DNA of 54,966 nucleotides, from contig JAGNDY010000005.1 of the NCBI GenBank assembly GCA_018003655.1, forward strand, positions 1 to 54,966, given 5' to 3'. This document shows positions 37,637 through 46,570 of the stretch, piece by piece (position 1 is the stretch's first letter; each line of letters begins with the position of its first letter). Below the pieces are notes generated by a model. The model saw only the letters and a program-made list of their open reading frames with translations, had not been told where the DNA came from and searched no databases. Made by a program: the position numbers and the translations under genes. This DNA is from Candidatus Nanopelagicales bacterium. GTDB taxonomy: Bacteria; Actinomycetota; Actinomycetes; S36-B12; UBA10799.

Positions 37637-37996
37637 ATGATGAGACGACGACGCGGACCTGGACTACTCGGAACCATGGTCGTAGCCGGTGGCACCGCCG
37701 CAGCGGTGAATAGCCACTCGCAGAACAAGCAGCAGGCCGCCGCCGCAGCGCAGCAAGATGCCCAAAACGAGGCTGCCCAACAGCAGCAGCTGCAGGAGCA
37801 GCAACAGCAGATTGCCGCACTGCAGGCCCAGCAGGCCGCTGGCGCAGCACCCGCTGCCGCTCCGGCCGCAGCGCCCGCAGCCAGTGGCGGAGAAAGCCTG
37901 GTGGATCAGTTGCAGAAGCTCGCATCGCTGAAGGACGCTGGCGTTCTGTCCCAGGAGGAATTCGACGTAGCCAAAGGCAAACTGCTGGGTTCCTAG
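37637..37996 (+). CDS. SHOCT-domain protein with a TM helix and Gln/Ala-rich linker
   Basis: C-terminal LQKLASLKDAGVLSQEEFDVAKGKLL is a SHOCT motif. There is an N-terminal hydrophobic helix and a central poly-Q/A tract. Confidence 0.78.
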   Translation: MMRRRRGPGLLGTMVVAGGTAAAVNSHSQNKQQAAAAAQQDAQNEAAQQQQLQEQQQQIAALQAQQAAGAAPAAAPAAAPAASGGESLVDQLQKLASLKDAGVLSQEEFDVAKGKLLGS

Positions 37997-38068
37997 CTCA
38001 CCAATCGCACCCCGACCCGCTGGCCTCACTGGCTGGCGGGTCGTTGTGTGTTCGCGGATCGACCGACC

Positions 38069-39622
38069 TCAGGTGGTGAGGGCCGACAGGGGCAGGCCGT
38101 ATTGGGCCAGCAGTACAACTGCCGCTGGCCGTCTCGTATCCGAATCCGGTGCGGGGTCTCGTAGGTCGATCACCGTGAGGATGCCGTCGGATTCGGAAAT
38201 CTCCACAGCTGGATCGGCCGACTTGACCACGTACCGCCGAGCCGCAGGAGCTGAACCACCCCACGATCGCCTCACACCGGCCGTGTCAACTTTCGGCCAG
38301 ATCTGAACGTCGCGGGTCGCCTGGGCGACCGAGGAGTCGAGCAGCAGGGCTTGTGCGACCTGTTCGGAAATTGTGCGCTGGGCCTGTTCATCCCGCTCGC
38401 GCTGACCGTTCTCGGTCAGCTTCGCCAGCACTTGTTCAGCCAAGCCAGCGCCAACATCTCCCACGAGCCGGTCGAGTTCATCGTCGACCTCGCGATTAGC
38501 GGCCGCCGTCGCGGCTTGGGCAGCCGCCACCATCCGACTGCGACCGAACATCTTCGCCAGCCCGCCCTTGCTGGTCAGCATCGCCAGCGCGGCAACCGCG
38601 TCTGTCCGGCTCAACGCCGGCGCGTCAGGCGTCGCTTCCGTTCCGGACTCCGCCGCAGCCTTGATAGGTGCTTCGGTTGCGGAGGGGTCGGCGTCTGCAG
38701 TGGCGCCGACCGCGGCATCCTTCGCGTTGCTAGCAATCGCCGTGTCAATCAAGTCGGCAAGCTCAAGTCGCAATGACCGGCCGATCTCGCGCCGGAACGA
38801 CTCAAGCGATGCCGACAGTTGCGCGTCAGCACGGAGTACGGCAGCGGTGTCAGCCCGTTCGCCGGCGTCGCCGATCTCAGCAGCCGCAGCACTCGCAGCG
38901 GCGAGCTGCTGGGCTGCCTTCGCGCGGTCACGCAACAGGCTTTCCACGTCCGCGGCCACCGCCTCGACCTCGGTGTTGGCCACGGGATCATTCGAAGCGA
39001 TCGTAGAGCCACTGGCTGAAAGCTGCGCCGAGTCGTGCTCTGCCGAGGCACTGGCCACCGACTCGACCGACTGCGCGCCGAGCGCGACGTAGCGACAGAT
39101 GCGCCCCTGCGCATCCGGTAGCTCGCCGAGCACGCTGGCGGGAGCGGGAGCCTTGATCTGCACCCAGGCGCCCAAGGCCTGAGCGGCCGCTGCCACTGAG
39201 GGTGCGCCGATGGTGACCAAAGCCAGGTCGCAAAGCCCGCTGCCCTCCTCGTCGAGGGCGAGATCGAAGGCCTCCAGGTCCCAAGCGTCGCCAGCAACGA
39301 ACGCCGGCCAAACGCGCGGCCGGAGGTCCGGTTCCAGTTGCCGCAGTGCGACGAGCATCGACAGAACGTCGTCGCAATCGGAAGTGGCAGCGGCAATCAA
39401 GACGGCCGGAACTGCTGCTGGCTCACCCGCCGCTGGTCGGAGCTCGCGAAGCTTGTTCACAACGGCCGCAATGTCGGTGTCTGCCCCGCTGGTCGCGTCG
39501 ATTCCAACGACCAGTCCCTGCTGGGTTGCGAGCAGCTCATCGCGGATTTCCGCTGCTTTGGCGCCGACGGCAACGACGACGACTGGAGAGGATTTGCGCC
39601 TATCGGCTTCCAAAGGGCTCAC
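38069..39622 (-). CDS. Hypothetical 517-aa Ala-rich protein (no family recognised)
   Basis: Long ORF whose G/C-biased third codon positions fit the local coding pattern. It has an alpha/beta-like N-domain of about 190 aa, a central low-complexity Ala/Glu/Asp helical region, and a beta-rich C-domain of about 80 aa. Confidence 0.7.
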   Translation of the reverse strand: MSPLEADRRKSSPVVVVAVGAKAAEIRDELLATQQGLVVGIDATSGADTDIAAVVNKLRELRPAAGEPAAVPAVLIAAATSDCDDVLSMLVALRQLEPDLRPRVWPAFVAGDAWDLEAFDLALDEEGSGLCDLALVTIGAPSVAAAAQALGAWVQIKAPAPASVLGELPDAQGRICRYVALGAQSVESVASASAEHDSAQLSASGSTIASNDPVANTEVEAVAADVESLLRDRAKAAQQLAAASAAAAEIGDAGERADTAAVLRADAQLSASLESFRREIGRSLRLELADLIDTAIASNAKDAAVGATADADPSATEAPIKAAAESGTEATPDAPALSRTDAVAALAMLTSKGGLAKMFGRSRMVAAAQAATAAANREVDDELDRLVGDVGAGLAEQVLAKLTENGQRERDEQAQRTISEQVAQALLLDSSVAQATRDVQIWPKVDTAGVRRSWGGSAPAARRYVVKSADPAVEISESDGILTVIDLRDPAPDSDTRRPAAVVLLAQYGLPLSALTT

Positions 39623-39664
39623 TGCGGCAGGCTACCCCGCTATGGCATGCGGCAGGGTGAACCT

Positions 39665-42406
39665 ATGCAACCCGCCGAAAGCCGTGTTGAGCCCGATCGC
39701 CCCCTCATGGGACCCGCCCGCGACACCGCTGAGGGAGCTCGGATGGCCGAGGCGGGCGGTATCCAGTTCGGCCCAGAGGAGGCAGGGCCCTGGTATGAGT
39801 GGGGCCCGTATCTGTCGGAGCGTTCGTGGGGAACCGTCCGCGAGGACTACTCCGGCTCGGGCGACGCGTGGTCGTTCTTCCCCTACGAACACGCGATCAG
39901 CCGGTCCTACCGTTGGAGCGAAGACGGTCTGGCCGGGATCAGCAACATCTGGCAGGACATCTGCTTCGGGCTAGCCCTTTGGAACGGCCGCGACTCCCAT
40001 CTCAAGGAACGACTCTTCGGCCTGAACGGTCATCAGGGAAACCACGGCGAGGACGTCAAGGAGTACTACTGGTACCGAGACGCGACCCCGTCGCAGTCGT
40101 GGCTGCGGTGGCGCTATCACTACCCACAAGCCGCGTTCCCCTACGACGACCTGATCGCCACCAATGCAGATCGAGGTCGTGACCAGCCCGAGTACGAACT
40201 CATGGACACCGGAGTCTTTGACGACGACGAATTCTGGACGGTCGAGGTCGACTACGCCAAGTCAGATCCGTCGGACATGTCAATCCGCGTGCGGGTCACC
40301 AATAACGGGCCAGCAGCAGACACCATCCACGTGCTGCCCCAACTGTGGTTTCGCGACACCTGGTCATGGGGTCGGCGGCATCGTCGGCCGGTCGTGCGGC
40401 GCGTCTCGCGACCGAATGACTCCTACACCCTGGTCGCCGAGCATTGGCGAGCTGGCACCTACCACCTGGACGCCGCAGCCGGACCCGACGGCCAGTACCC
40501 GACCCCACTCTTCTGTGACAACGCAACGAACAACGCGTCGATCTTCGGCGACGACGTGGAGGCGATTTCTGAGTACCCCAAGGACGGCATCAACAACCAC
40601 GTGATCCACGGTGCTGAGACAGTGAATCCAGCGTTCGCCGGGACCAAGGCTGCGCTCTGGTATCAGTTTGAGGTTCCGGCTGGCGAGACGGTTGAACTTC
40701 GGCTTCGGTTTTGGTCACCATCGGAAGGTGACCAGCGCGATCCCGCCTGGGCATCGGATCATTTCGAGAACGTGATGACTCTGCGGGAAGAAGAGGCCGA
40801 CGAGTTCTACCGCGCAATCGCACCACCGGATACCGACGGCGAGCGCCTTGCCGTGATGCGCCAAGCGTTTGCGGGGTTGATCTGGACTAAGCAGTTCTAC
40901 CGCTACGACGTCAAGCTCTGGATCGACGGCGACCCGCACGAGCCACCACCGCCCGAGGGTCATAGAGAGGGCAGGAACCAGGGCTGGCGGCACTTCGATG
41001 CATACGACATATTGAGCATGCCCGACGCCTGGGAGTACCCGTGGTTCGCGGCGTGGGACTTGGCCTTCCACACCGTGGTGTTCGCCCATGTGGACCCGGA
41101 GTACGCCAAGTACCAGTTGTCCGTCATGTTGCGCGAGTGGTACATGCACCCCAATGGTGCGATTCCCGCGTACGAATGGTCATTCGATGACCGCAATCCG
41201 CCGGTGCACGCATGGGCAGCGCTGCGCGTCTACGAGATCGAAGGGGGGCGCGATCACGAGTTCCTCGCTGCCGTCTTCCACAAACTCCTGATCAACTTCA
41301 CCTGGTGGGTCAATCGGGTGGATGCCCAGGGCAACAACGTGTTCGAGGGCGGTTTCCTCGGACTGGACAACATCGGACCGATCGATCGCACGCACGTCCC
41401 GGCCGGCTGTCGTATCGAACAGGCGGACGGAACGGCCTGGATGGCGTTCTACTGCCTGATGATGCTGCGGATCTCCATGCGCCTGTCCCAGCACGACGGG
41501 TCCTATCGACCGATGATGCTCAAATTCCTCGAGCATTTTGCCGGCATCACCGATGGCATCGCCGAGTCTGGAATGTGGGACCCTGAAGACGGTTTCTTCT
41601 ACGACCAACTCGTGCAACCGGACGGAACCAAGATCCCGTTGAAGGTCAAGAGCGTCGTCGGGGTGATTCCAGTGATGGCCGCAGCCTTCCTGGAGTCGAG
41701 CAGCCAGGATTACGTCAAGAACGCCGACCGCATCGAACGCCGCTTCAGCCAATTCATGCGCCGACGCGGTCTCGACACAGCCGAGTTGGATCGGGCCGGC
41801 TTCGTCTACCGGACTGACGACGACGCTGGCTCGAAGTTACTGCTGACAGTCGTCGATCCCGAGCGCCTGCGACGTGTGCTGATGGACGTCTTGAGTGAGG
41901 ACTCCATGCTCTCCCCTTACGGAATCCGGTCCCTCTCGCTGGTTCACCGGGACAGACCGTTCGAGGTGAACATCGAGGGCCAGGAGTTCCGCATCGATTA
42001 TGAGCCCGCCGAATCCACCACCGCGATGTACGGCGGAAACTCCAACTGGCGCGGGCCGGTGTGGTTCCCCATCAACCACTTGGTGATCGAGGCGCTTGAG
42101 CGCTACTACATGTACCTAGGTGACGACTTCACGGTCGAGTGCCCCACTGGATCGGGAATGATGATGAACTTGCGCGAGGTCGCCAACGAACTGCGCCGAC
42201 GCCTGACGGCGCTGTTCCTGCCCACCGCCGGTGGTGGCCGACCCTGCTTCGGGGAGACGGAGAAGTTCAGCGACGACCCCCGCTGGAATGAATTGGTGAT
42301 GTTCCACGAGTACTTCAATGGTGACGACGGCACCGGCATCGGTGCCTCCCACCAGACCGGTTGGACCGGCCTCGTCGCCGACCTCATCATTGGCCGCCGG
42401 GGGTAG
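39665..42406 (+). CDS. GH63-like (MGH1-like) glucosidase, (alpha/alpha)6-barrel
   Basis: WYEWGPYLSERSWGTVREDYS...AWSFFPYEH...RWSEDGLAG is the N-domain signature of the large bacterial glucosidase family. The start is uncertain, with ATG at 39647, 39665 or later. Confidence 0.8.
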   Translation: MQPAESRVEPDRPLMGPARDTAEGARMAEAGGIQFGPEEAGPWYEWGPYLSERSWGTVREDYSGSGDAWSFFPYEHAISRSYRWSEDGLAGISNIWQDICFGLALWNGRDSHLKERLFGLNGHQGNHGEDVKEYYWYRDATPSQSWLRWRYHYPQAAFPYDDLIATNADRGRDQPEYELMDTGVFDDDEFWTVEVDYAKSDPSDMSIRVRVTNNGPAADTIHVLPQLWFRDTWSWGRRHRRPVVRRVSRPNDSYTLVAEHWRAGTYHLDAAAGPDGQYPTPLFCDNATNNASIFGDDVEAISEYPKDGINNHVIHGAETVNPAFAGTKAALWYQFEVPAGETVELRLRFWSPSEGDQRDPAWASDHFENVMTLREEEADEFYRAIAPPDTDGERLAVMRQAFAGLIWTKQFYRYDVKLWIDGDPHEPPPPEGHREGRNQGWRHFDAYDILSMPDAWEYPWFAAWDLAFHTVVFAHVDPEYAKYQLSVMLREWYMHPNGAIPAYEWSFDDRNPPVHAWAALRVYEIEGGRDHEFLAAVFHKLLINFTWWVNRVDAQGNNVFEGGFLGLDNIGPIDRTHVPAGCRIEQADGTAWMAFYCLMMLRISMRLSQHDGSYRPMMLKFLEHFAGITDGIAESGMWDPEDGFFYDQLVQPDGTKIPLKVKSVVGVIPVMAAAFLESSSQDYVKNADRIERRFSQFMRRRGLDTAELDRAGFVYRTDDDAGSKLLLTVVDPERLRRVLMDVLSEDSMLSPYGIRSLSLVHRDRPFEVNIEGQEFRIDYEPAESTTAMYGGNSNWRGPVWFPINHLVIEALERYYMYLGDDFTVECPTGSGMMMNLREVANELRRRLTALFLPTAGGGRPCFGETEKFSDDPRWNELVMFHEYFNGDDGTGIGASHQTGWTGLVADLIIGRRG

Positions 42407-42629
42407 CTGCGTCCGGCGCGGTCCGGTGGCGTGTCCGCGCGACCGCCCACGCCGCCGGGCGCCTCGGAGGGAACCGTCACTGGCGGTGACCCGTCTGAGT
42501 TGTGGCGGGCTTCCATTTGGGTTGCGCGCCGTAGTGGCGCACAATGGGCGCACGGTCGGTCGGCAGGTCAGTGGGATAACTCCCAGCCACCGGTCGGAAT
42601 GTTCGACGAATGAGTTGAGGAGAGGCATC

Positions 42630-43373
42630 ATGCGGCGCACAGGGGCTTCGATTGCGATCGCGGCATCCATGGCAATGGCCTTTGCCGCAGTTGGTGCTGC
42701 CGCGCCCGCTCAGGCCGCAGTACCAGCGAAGAAGCGGGTCACGGCGGTCCAAGAAAAGAACATCAATCAGGTTCTGGCGGGCAAGGCCGTCCTGAAGGTC
42801 GGCGACCGCGGCGGCGCAGTTCGCAATGTCCAGAAGCGTTTGAACAACGCTGGCATCATCACGCCCATCACGGGTCGCTACACCAACTCGACCAGCAAGG
42901 CCGTGAGCCGTTTCCAGGGCAAGTTCTTCTGGGGCTCTACCGGCCGCGTCAACGCCGCCACGTACATCACCCTGCGCAAGCTCACTCGCCATGGCAGCGG
43001 CGTCCCAGCCGCGTGCAGGAACGCGTCGAAAATCATCTGCATCGATAAGACCCAGAAGATCGTTCGCTTCTACCAAAACGGGAATCTCAAGCGTTCCCTC
43101 GATGCCCGCTTCGGCGCCCCGGGAACCCCGACGCGCGAAGGCAACTTCCGCGTCAACTCCAAACTGCCGCACAACATATCGACGTTGTACGGAACCCAGA
43201 TGGACTGGTCGCTGTTCTTCAGCGGGGGCCAAGCCGTCCACTTCTCCAAGTACTTCCGCGCCGCTGGTTACAACGGAGCCTCACATGGATGTGTGAACCT
43301 GCGTGACTGGAAGGGCGCCAAGTGGATCTATCGGCACATGCCGGTGGGTGGCAAAGTCAAGGTCTACCGCTGA
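42630..43373 (+). CDS. L,D-transpeptidase with an N-terminal peptidoglycan-binding domain
   Basis: Signal peptide, then a PG_binding_1-like segment (GDRGGAVRNVQKRLNNAG), then a YkuD domain with catalytic SHGCVNL. ATG 42630 has SD GGAGAGG. Confidence 0.9.
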   Translation: MRRTGASIAIAASMAMAFAAVGAAAPAQAAVPAKKRVTAVQEKNINQVLAGKAVLKVGDRGGAVRNVQKRLNNAGIITPITGRYTNSTSKAVSRFQGKFFWGSTGRVNAATYITLRKLTRHGSGVPAACRNASKIICIDKTQKIVRFYQNGNLKRSLDARFGAPGTPTREGNFRVNSKLPHNISTLYGTQMDWSLFFSGGQAVHFSKYFRAAGYNGASHGCVNLRDWKGAKWIYRHMPVGGKVKVYR

Positions 43374-44365
43374 GCAGTTCGCACTCGCGCCAGCAACTCC
43401 CACTGGTCACGCAGGACCCCCAGGTTGCTGCCGCAGCATTGGCCAGCGAGCACCTAGCCGCGCTGCCGACCGAGACCGTATACGGACTCGGCGGCTTGGC
43501 AAACTCACCGACCGCCGTGGCAGCAATCTTCCGGGCCAAAGGGCGACCTGCTGACCACCCCGTCATCGTCCACGTCGGTGGGCCGGACGAGATCGACCGC
43601 TGGGCTCGAGACGTGCCAGTGACCGCCAGGGAGCTCGCGCAGGCATTCTGGCCAGGTCCACTGACGTTGGTCGTCCCACGTGCTGCCATGGTCAGCGATG
43701 CGATCACCGGCGGTCAGCAAACCGTCGCGCTGCGCGCACCGGACCATCCACTGTTCCAAGCGGTCATCGCCGAACTCACGCGAACGCTGGGTTCCGGTGT
43801 CGGGATCGCGGCACCGAGCGCCAATCGCTTCGGCCAGGTCAGCCCGACCACTGCTGCTGCCGTCCGCGATGGCCTCCGGGGTCAGTTGTCGGCCGCTGAT
43901 GTGATCCTCGACGGCGGGCCGTGCGCAGTCGGTGTCGAGTCGACCATTGTGCTCTGCGGCCCACGTACCGTTACGATCGCGCGGGCCGGTGGCGTGACCG
44001 CTGAGCGGCTCGGCGCGGTTGTGGAGCTCGCCGCCCAACCGGCAAAGAGCTCGCCGCGGGTGCCCGGGTCGCTCGCGTCTCACTACGCACCCGACGCCCG
44101 CGTCATCCTCGCCGACAACCCCGCGACGGTGTCCATTGCCGATAGCGGTGCGGTCGGGCTGATCGCTGGTGCAGGCGTTGCGACCCCATCCGGATGGCTT
44201 CGCCTCTGCAGTCCCGCGGACGACGACGACTACGCACGCGACCTCTACGCGGCACTCCATCGGGCCGACGAGGCCGACCTCGATGTCGTCGTGGCAGTTC
44301 CGCCGGAAGCAACCGGCATTGGTACCGCGATTCGTGATCGACTCACCCGAGCGGCAAGTCGCTAG
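43322..44365 (+). CDS. tsaC: L-threonylcarbamoyladenylate synthase (Sua5/TsaC, long form)
   Basis: Motifs LPTETVYGLG, FRAKGRPADHP and SANRFG, plus a C-terminal Sua5 domain. The start is unclear. ATG 43322 would overlap the transpeptidase gene by 52 nt; in-frame TTG 43439 is an alternative. Confidence 0.88.
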   Translation: MDLSAHAGGWQSQGLPLSSSHSRQQLPLVTQDPQVAAAALASEHLAALPTETVYGLGGLANSPTAVAAIFRAKGRPADHPVIVHVGGPDEIDRWARDVPVTARELAQAFWPGPLTLVVPRAAMVSDAITGGQQTVALRAPDHPLFQAVIAELTRTLGSGVGIAAPSANRFGQVSPTTAAAVRDGLRGQLSAADVILDGGPCAVGVESTIVLCGPRTVTIARAGGVTAERLGAVVELAAQPAKSSPRVPGSLASHYAPDARVILADNPATVSIADSGAVGLIAGAGVATPSGWLRLCSPADDDDYARDLYAALHRADEADLDVVVAVPPEATGIGTAIRDRLTRAASR

Positions 44366-46443
44366 GAAACGCCAGATGACCCCAGCGTCTGGATGATGCT
44401 CTTGGTCGGGTCGATGTCGGCAACCTCTGGGATTCCGAGGGTGTCCAGGTCCGGCAGGTTCGGCACACTCACTCCCCACGAGGTCAGCTGCCGCGTGACC
44501 GAGTCCCGGGCGTTGGCGAACTTGCGCGCCACCAACCGCCGCGTTGCCCACTCGCTTTCCCGTGCGCGCAGGCGAGTCTCCATGGCTGTGGCCTGCTCGG
44601 GCGAACAAGACAACGCGTAGGCTATTTGAACGGACTCGCAAGTGTCGATCCGGTAGTCGTGTCCCCTCCGGATGAACTTCCCGACCTTGAAATCCATTCC
44701 GTTCTTGAGGTCGACCAGCGTCAGGACGAAGGTTGTCACTGCCCGCCAACGCGTCTCCCGCGGCACCTTGGGCGGGCGGGTTGTCGGAGCACCCATCCAC
44801 CAGGGCTGCTTGACAACCAGCCGATAAGTGAATTTGTTGACCGGATCGTCATGGTGGACGATCATGAAATGCCGCGCAGCCTGGCGTTGGCGCTCAGGGA
44901 AATCGGCGAACTCGTCCGGCTGGGAGACCAACATCATCCGGTGCTCGGGATCGAATTTGTCGCGCGAGTTCCACCAGGAGTTCCAGGTGGTAGATCGGAA
45001 CGGAACCCCCAGATAGAGACCGCGTTCAATGCCGAGTTCATCGAAGACCCGTGCGCCTTGCGGGTAGGCAACATCGAGAGCCACCTGGGCACCGAGGCTC
45101 TCGCCAAACTGCACGAGCCGAGGACGTTTTTGCCCGGGCATGGCGGCGATTCGGTCACGGGTCAACTCCAGTACTCGTCGTTGGAGGGCAACCCCATCGT
45201 GGGTGTCGAACAGCGCCATCGCGCTGGGCACCAAAGCGTATTGCGGAACCACCGTGGCGCAGTTGCCTCGGGTCAGGTACTCCAGAGTTTCGGTGAAGAC
45301 GTAGGAGACGTAACCGACTCCGGTCGGTGACGCGATGCAAATCAGCGATCGGTCGAATGCGCCGACCGCTTCCATCTCCTTGAGGCAGACTTCTGCGCGT
45401 TCCTCGGTCGTCTCGGCTGCCTCGAAGCCAGCCACCACCCGCACCGGTTCGGTAGCCGGCTCGCCCATCACGGCAGTGATGGCGTCAGCATCGAGCGCCA
45501 TCAACACGAAGCGGCGCCCTTCCTTGCCGATCGTGTCGAACTCAACCACCGACCGCGGACCAGCGGTGACGTGCGGATTGGTTGGTGGGTCCGGGTAGGC
45601 CGGCTCGACGATGTCGCCGTGGCGCTCGATTCGGCGCTTGAGTAGGACGAATGCCCCAGTACCCGCCATTCCGAGCATGCCCAGGGAGACAGCGTGCCCG
45701 ACGAGCGGACTGCCTATGTCATAGCGGCGCAGCTTGGTGTCAAATGCCTCAACGACGGAGCTCGCCACGAATTGCTCGGCGGAAGTCAGCACCATCAGGC
45801 CAGCAGCCGCGCCGAAACCGGTCGCCGTTGCCTTAGCTGTGGTCATGAGGCCCGCGCTTTTGATCGCCTTGCGGTCCGGATCGACCAACCCGAAATGGCG
45901 AGCGTTCTCGTTGCGGACGAACACCGTGAAGCCCGCCACCAAGCCGCCGAGCGCAACGTCGACCAGGGCACGACGCTCGGCGAACGCTCGACCGGGGAAG
46001 ATCTTGATCAGGGCAAAGTCAGTCAGCTGAACGGCAGCACCAGCGGCACCTCCCAACATCAGCGTCTCGCCGACAAAGCGGGTGATCGAGGTCGCCAGCG
46101 ACTCGTTGTCCTTTGGCGGCAGGATCCGCTCAACCGTCGCGCCGAACCCAACCAAGACAACGTCGGCAATCAGGGTTCGCTGCGGGTCGGGTCGCCGCCC
46201 ACGCATGCCGTGGGTGCCCGTGGTGAACAACGAGAAGGTCTCCGCCGCCGCGTGCGCGGTCGTGGTCGCCTGATAGATCGCGGCCGTCACAACCCCGGTC
46301 GCCAATGCCTGATCCGTGACGCTGCGCGGCAGCAGTCCTCGCACGAATGTCGACGCAAGGTTTGCCGAGGCCGCGAGGATTCCGGCCCTCGCCGCAGGTG
46401 AGGCGATGAGCTTGTTTCCGCGCATCTTCCATCGGGGTGCCAC
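44362..46443 (-). CDS. Membrane-anchored alpha/beta hydrolase (Abhydrolase_9-like: N-terminal polytopic domain plus C-terminal hydrolase)
   Basis: The N-terminal ~270 aa hold several TM helices. The C-terminal fold has nucleophile elbow GESLG (VQFGESLGAQVALD). The stop overlaps the tsaC stop region. Confidence 0.75.
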   Translation of the reverse strand: MAPRWKMRGNKLIASPAARAGILAASANLASTFVRGLLPRSVTDQALATGVVTAAIYQATTTAHAAAETFSLFTTGTHGMRGRRPDPQRTLIADVVLVGFGATVERILPPKDNESLATSITRFVGETLMLGGAAGAAVQLTDFALIKIFPGRAFAERRALVDVALGGLVAGFTVFVRNENARHFGLVDPDRKAIKSAGLMTTAKATATGFGAAAGLMVLTSAEQFVASSVVEAFDTKLRRYDIGSPLVGHAVSLGMLGMAGTGAFVLLKRRIERHGDIVEPAYPDPPTNPHVTAGPRSVVEFDTIGKEGRRFVLMALDADAITAVMGEPATEPVRVVAGFEAAETTEERAEVCLKEMEAVGAFDRSLICIASPTGVGYVSYVFTETLEYLTRGNCATVVPQYALVPSAMALFDTHDGVALQRRVLELTRDRIAAMPGQKRPRLVQFGESLGAQVALDVAYPQGARVFDELGIERGLYLGVPFRSTTWNSWWNSRDKFDPEHRMMLVSQPDEFADFPERQRQAARHFMIVHHDDPVNKFTYRLVVKQPWWMGAPTTRPPKVPRETRWRAVTTFVLTLVDLKNGMDFKVGKFIRRGHDYRIDTCESVQIAYALSCSPEQATAMETRLRARESEWATRRLVARKFANARDSVTRQLTSWGVSVPNLPDLDTLGIPEVADIDPTKSIIQTLGSSGVS

Positions 46444-46570
46444 GCGCCCGACGCTATCGGGATTGAACCGTGCTTTGCCGCTTTGCAGATTCGACCGGCA
46501 TCACCCAGGTGCGCGTAAGGCGCTTGCGCGAGCGCGAATCCTGGCCGTGTGGCCCGGTAGGTTCACGGCC

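Noticed and set aside
37730-37880. CAG/GCC-rich microsatellite-like DNA
   Set aside because: It is in frame and encodes the Gln/Ala/Pro linker of the SHOCT protein. It is not a perfect repeat.
42318-42629. Upstream 104 codons of the L,D-transpeptidase ORF
   Set aside because: The sequence is Arg/Pro-rich and not protein-like. A good SD plus ATG at 42630 is followed immediately by a signal peptide.
43505-44800. 431-aa minus-strand ORF spanning tsaC and the hydrolase 3' end
   Set aside because: It crosses a convergent gene junction. Its sequence is Arg/Gly/Pro-rich and low in information. Real genes on both sides explain the region.
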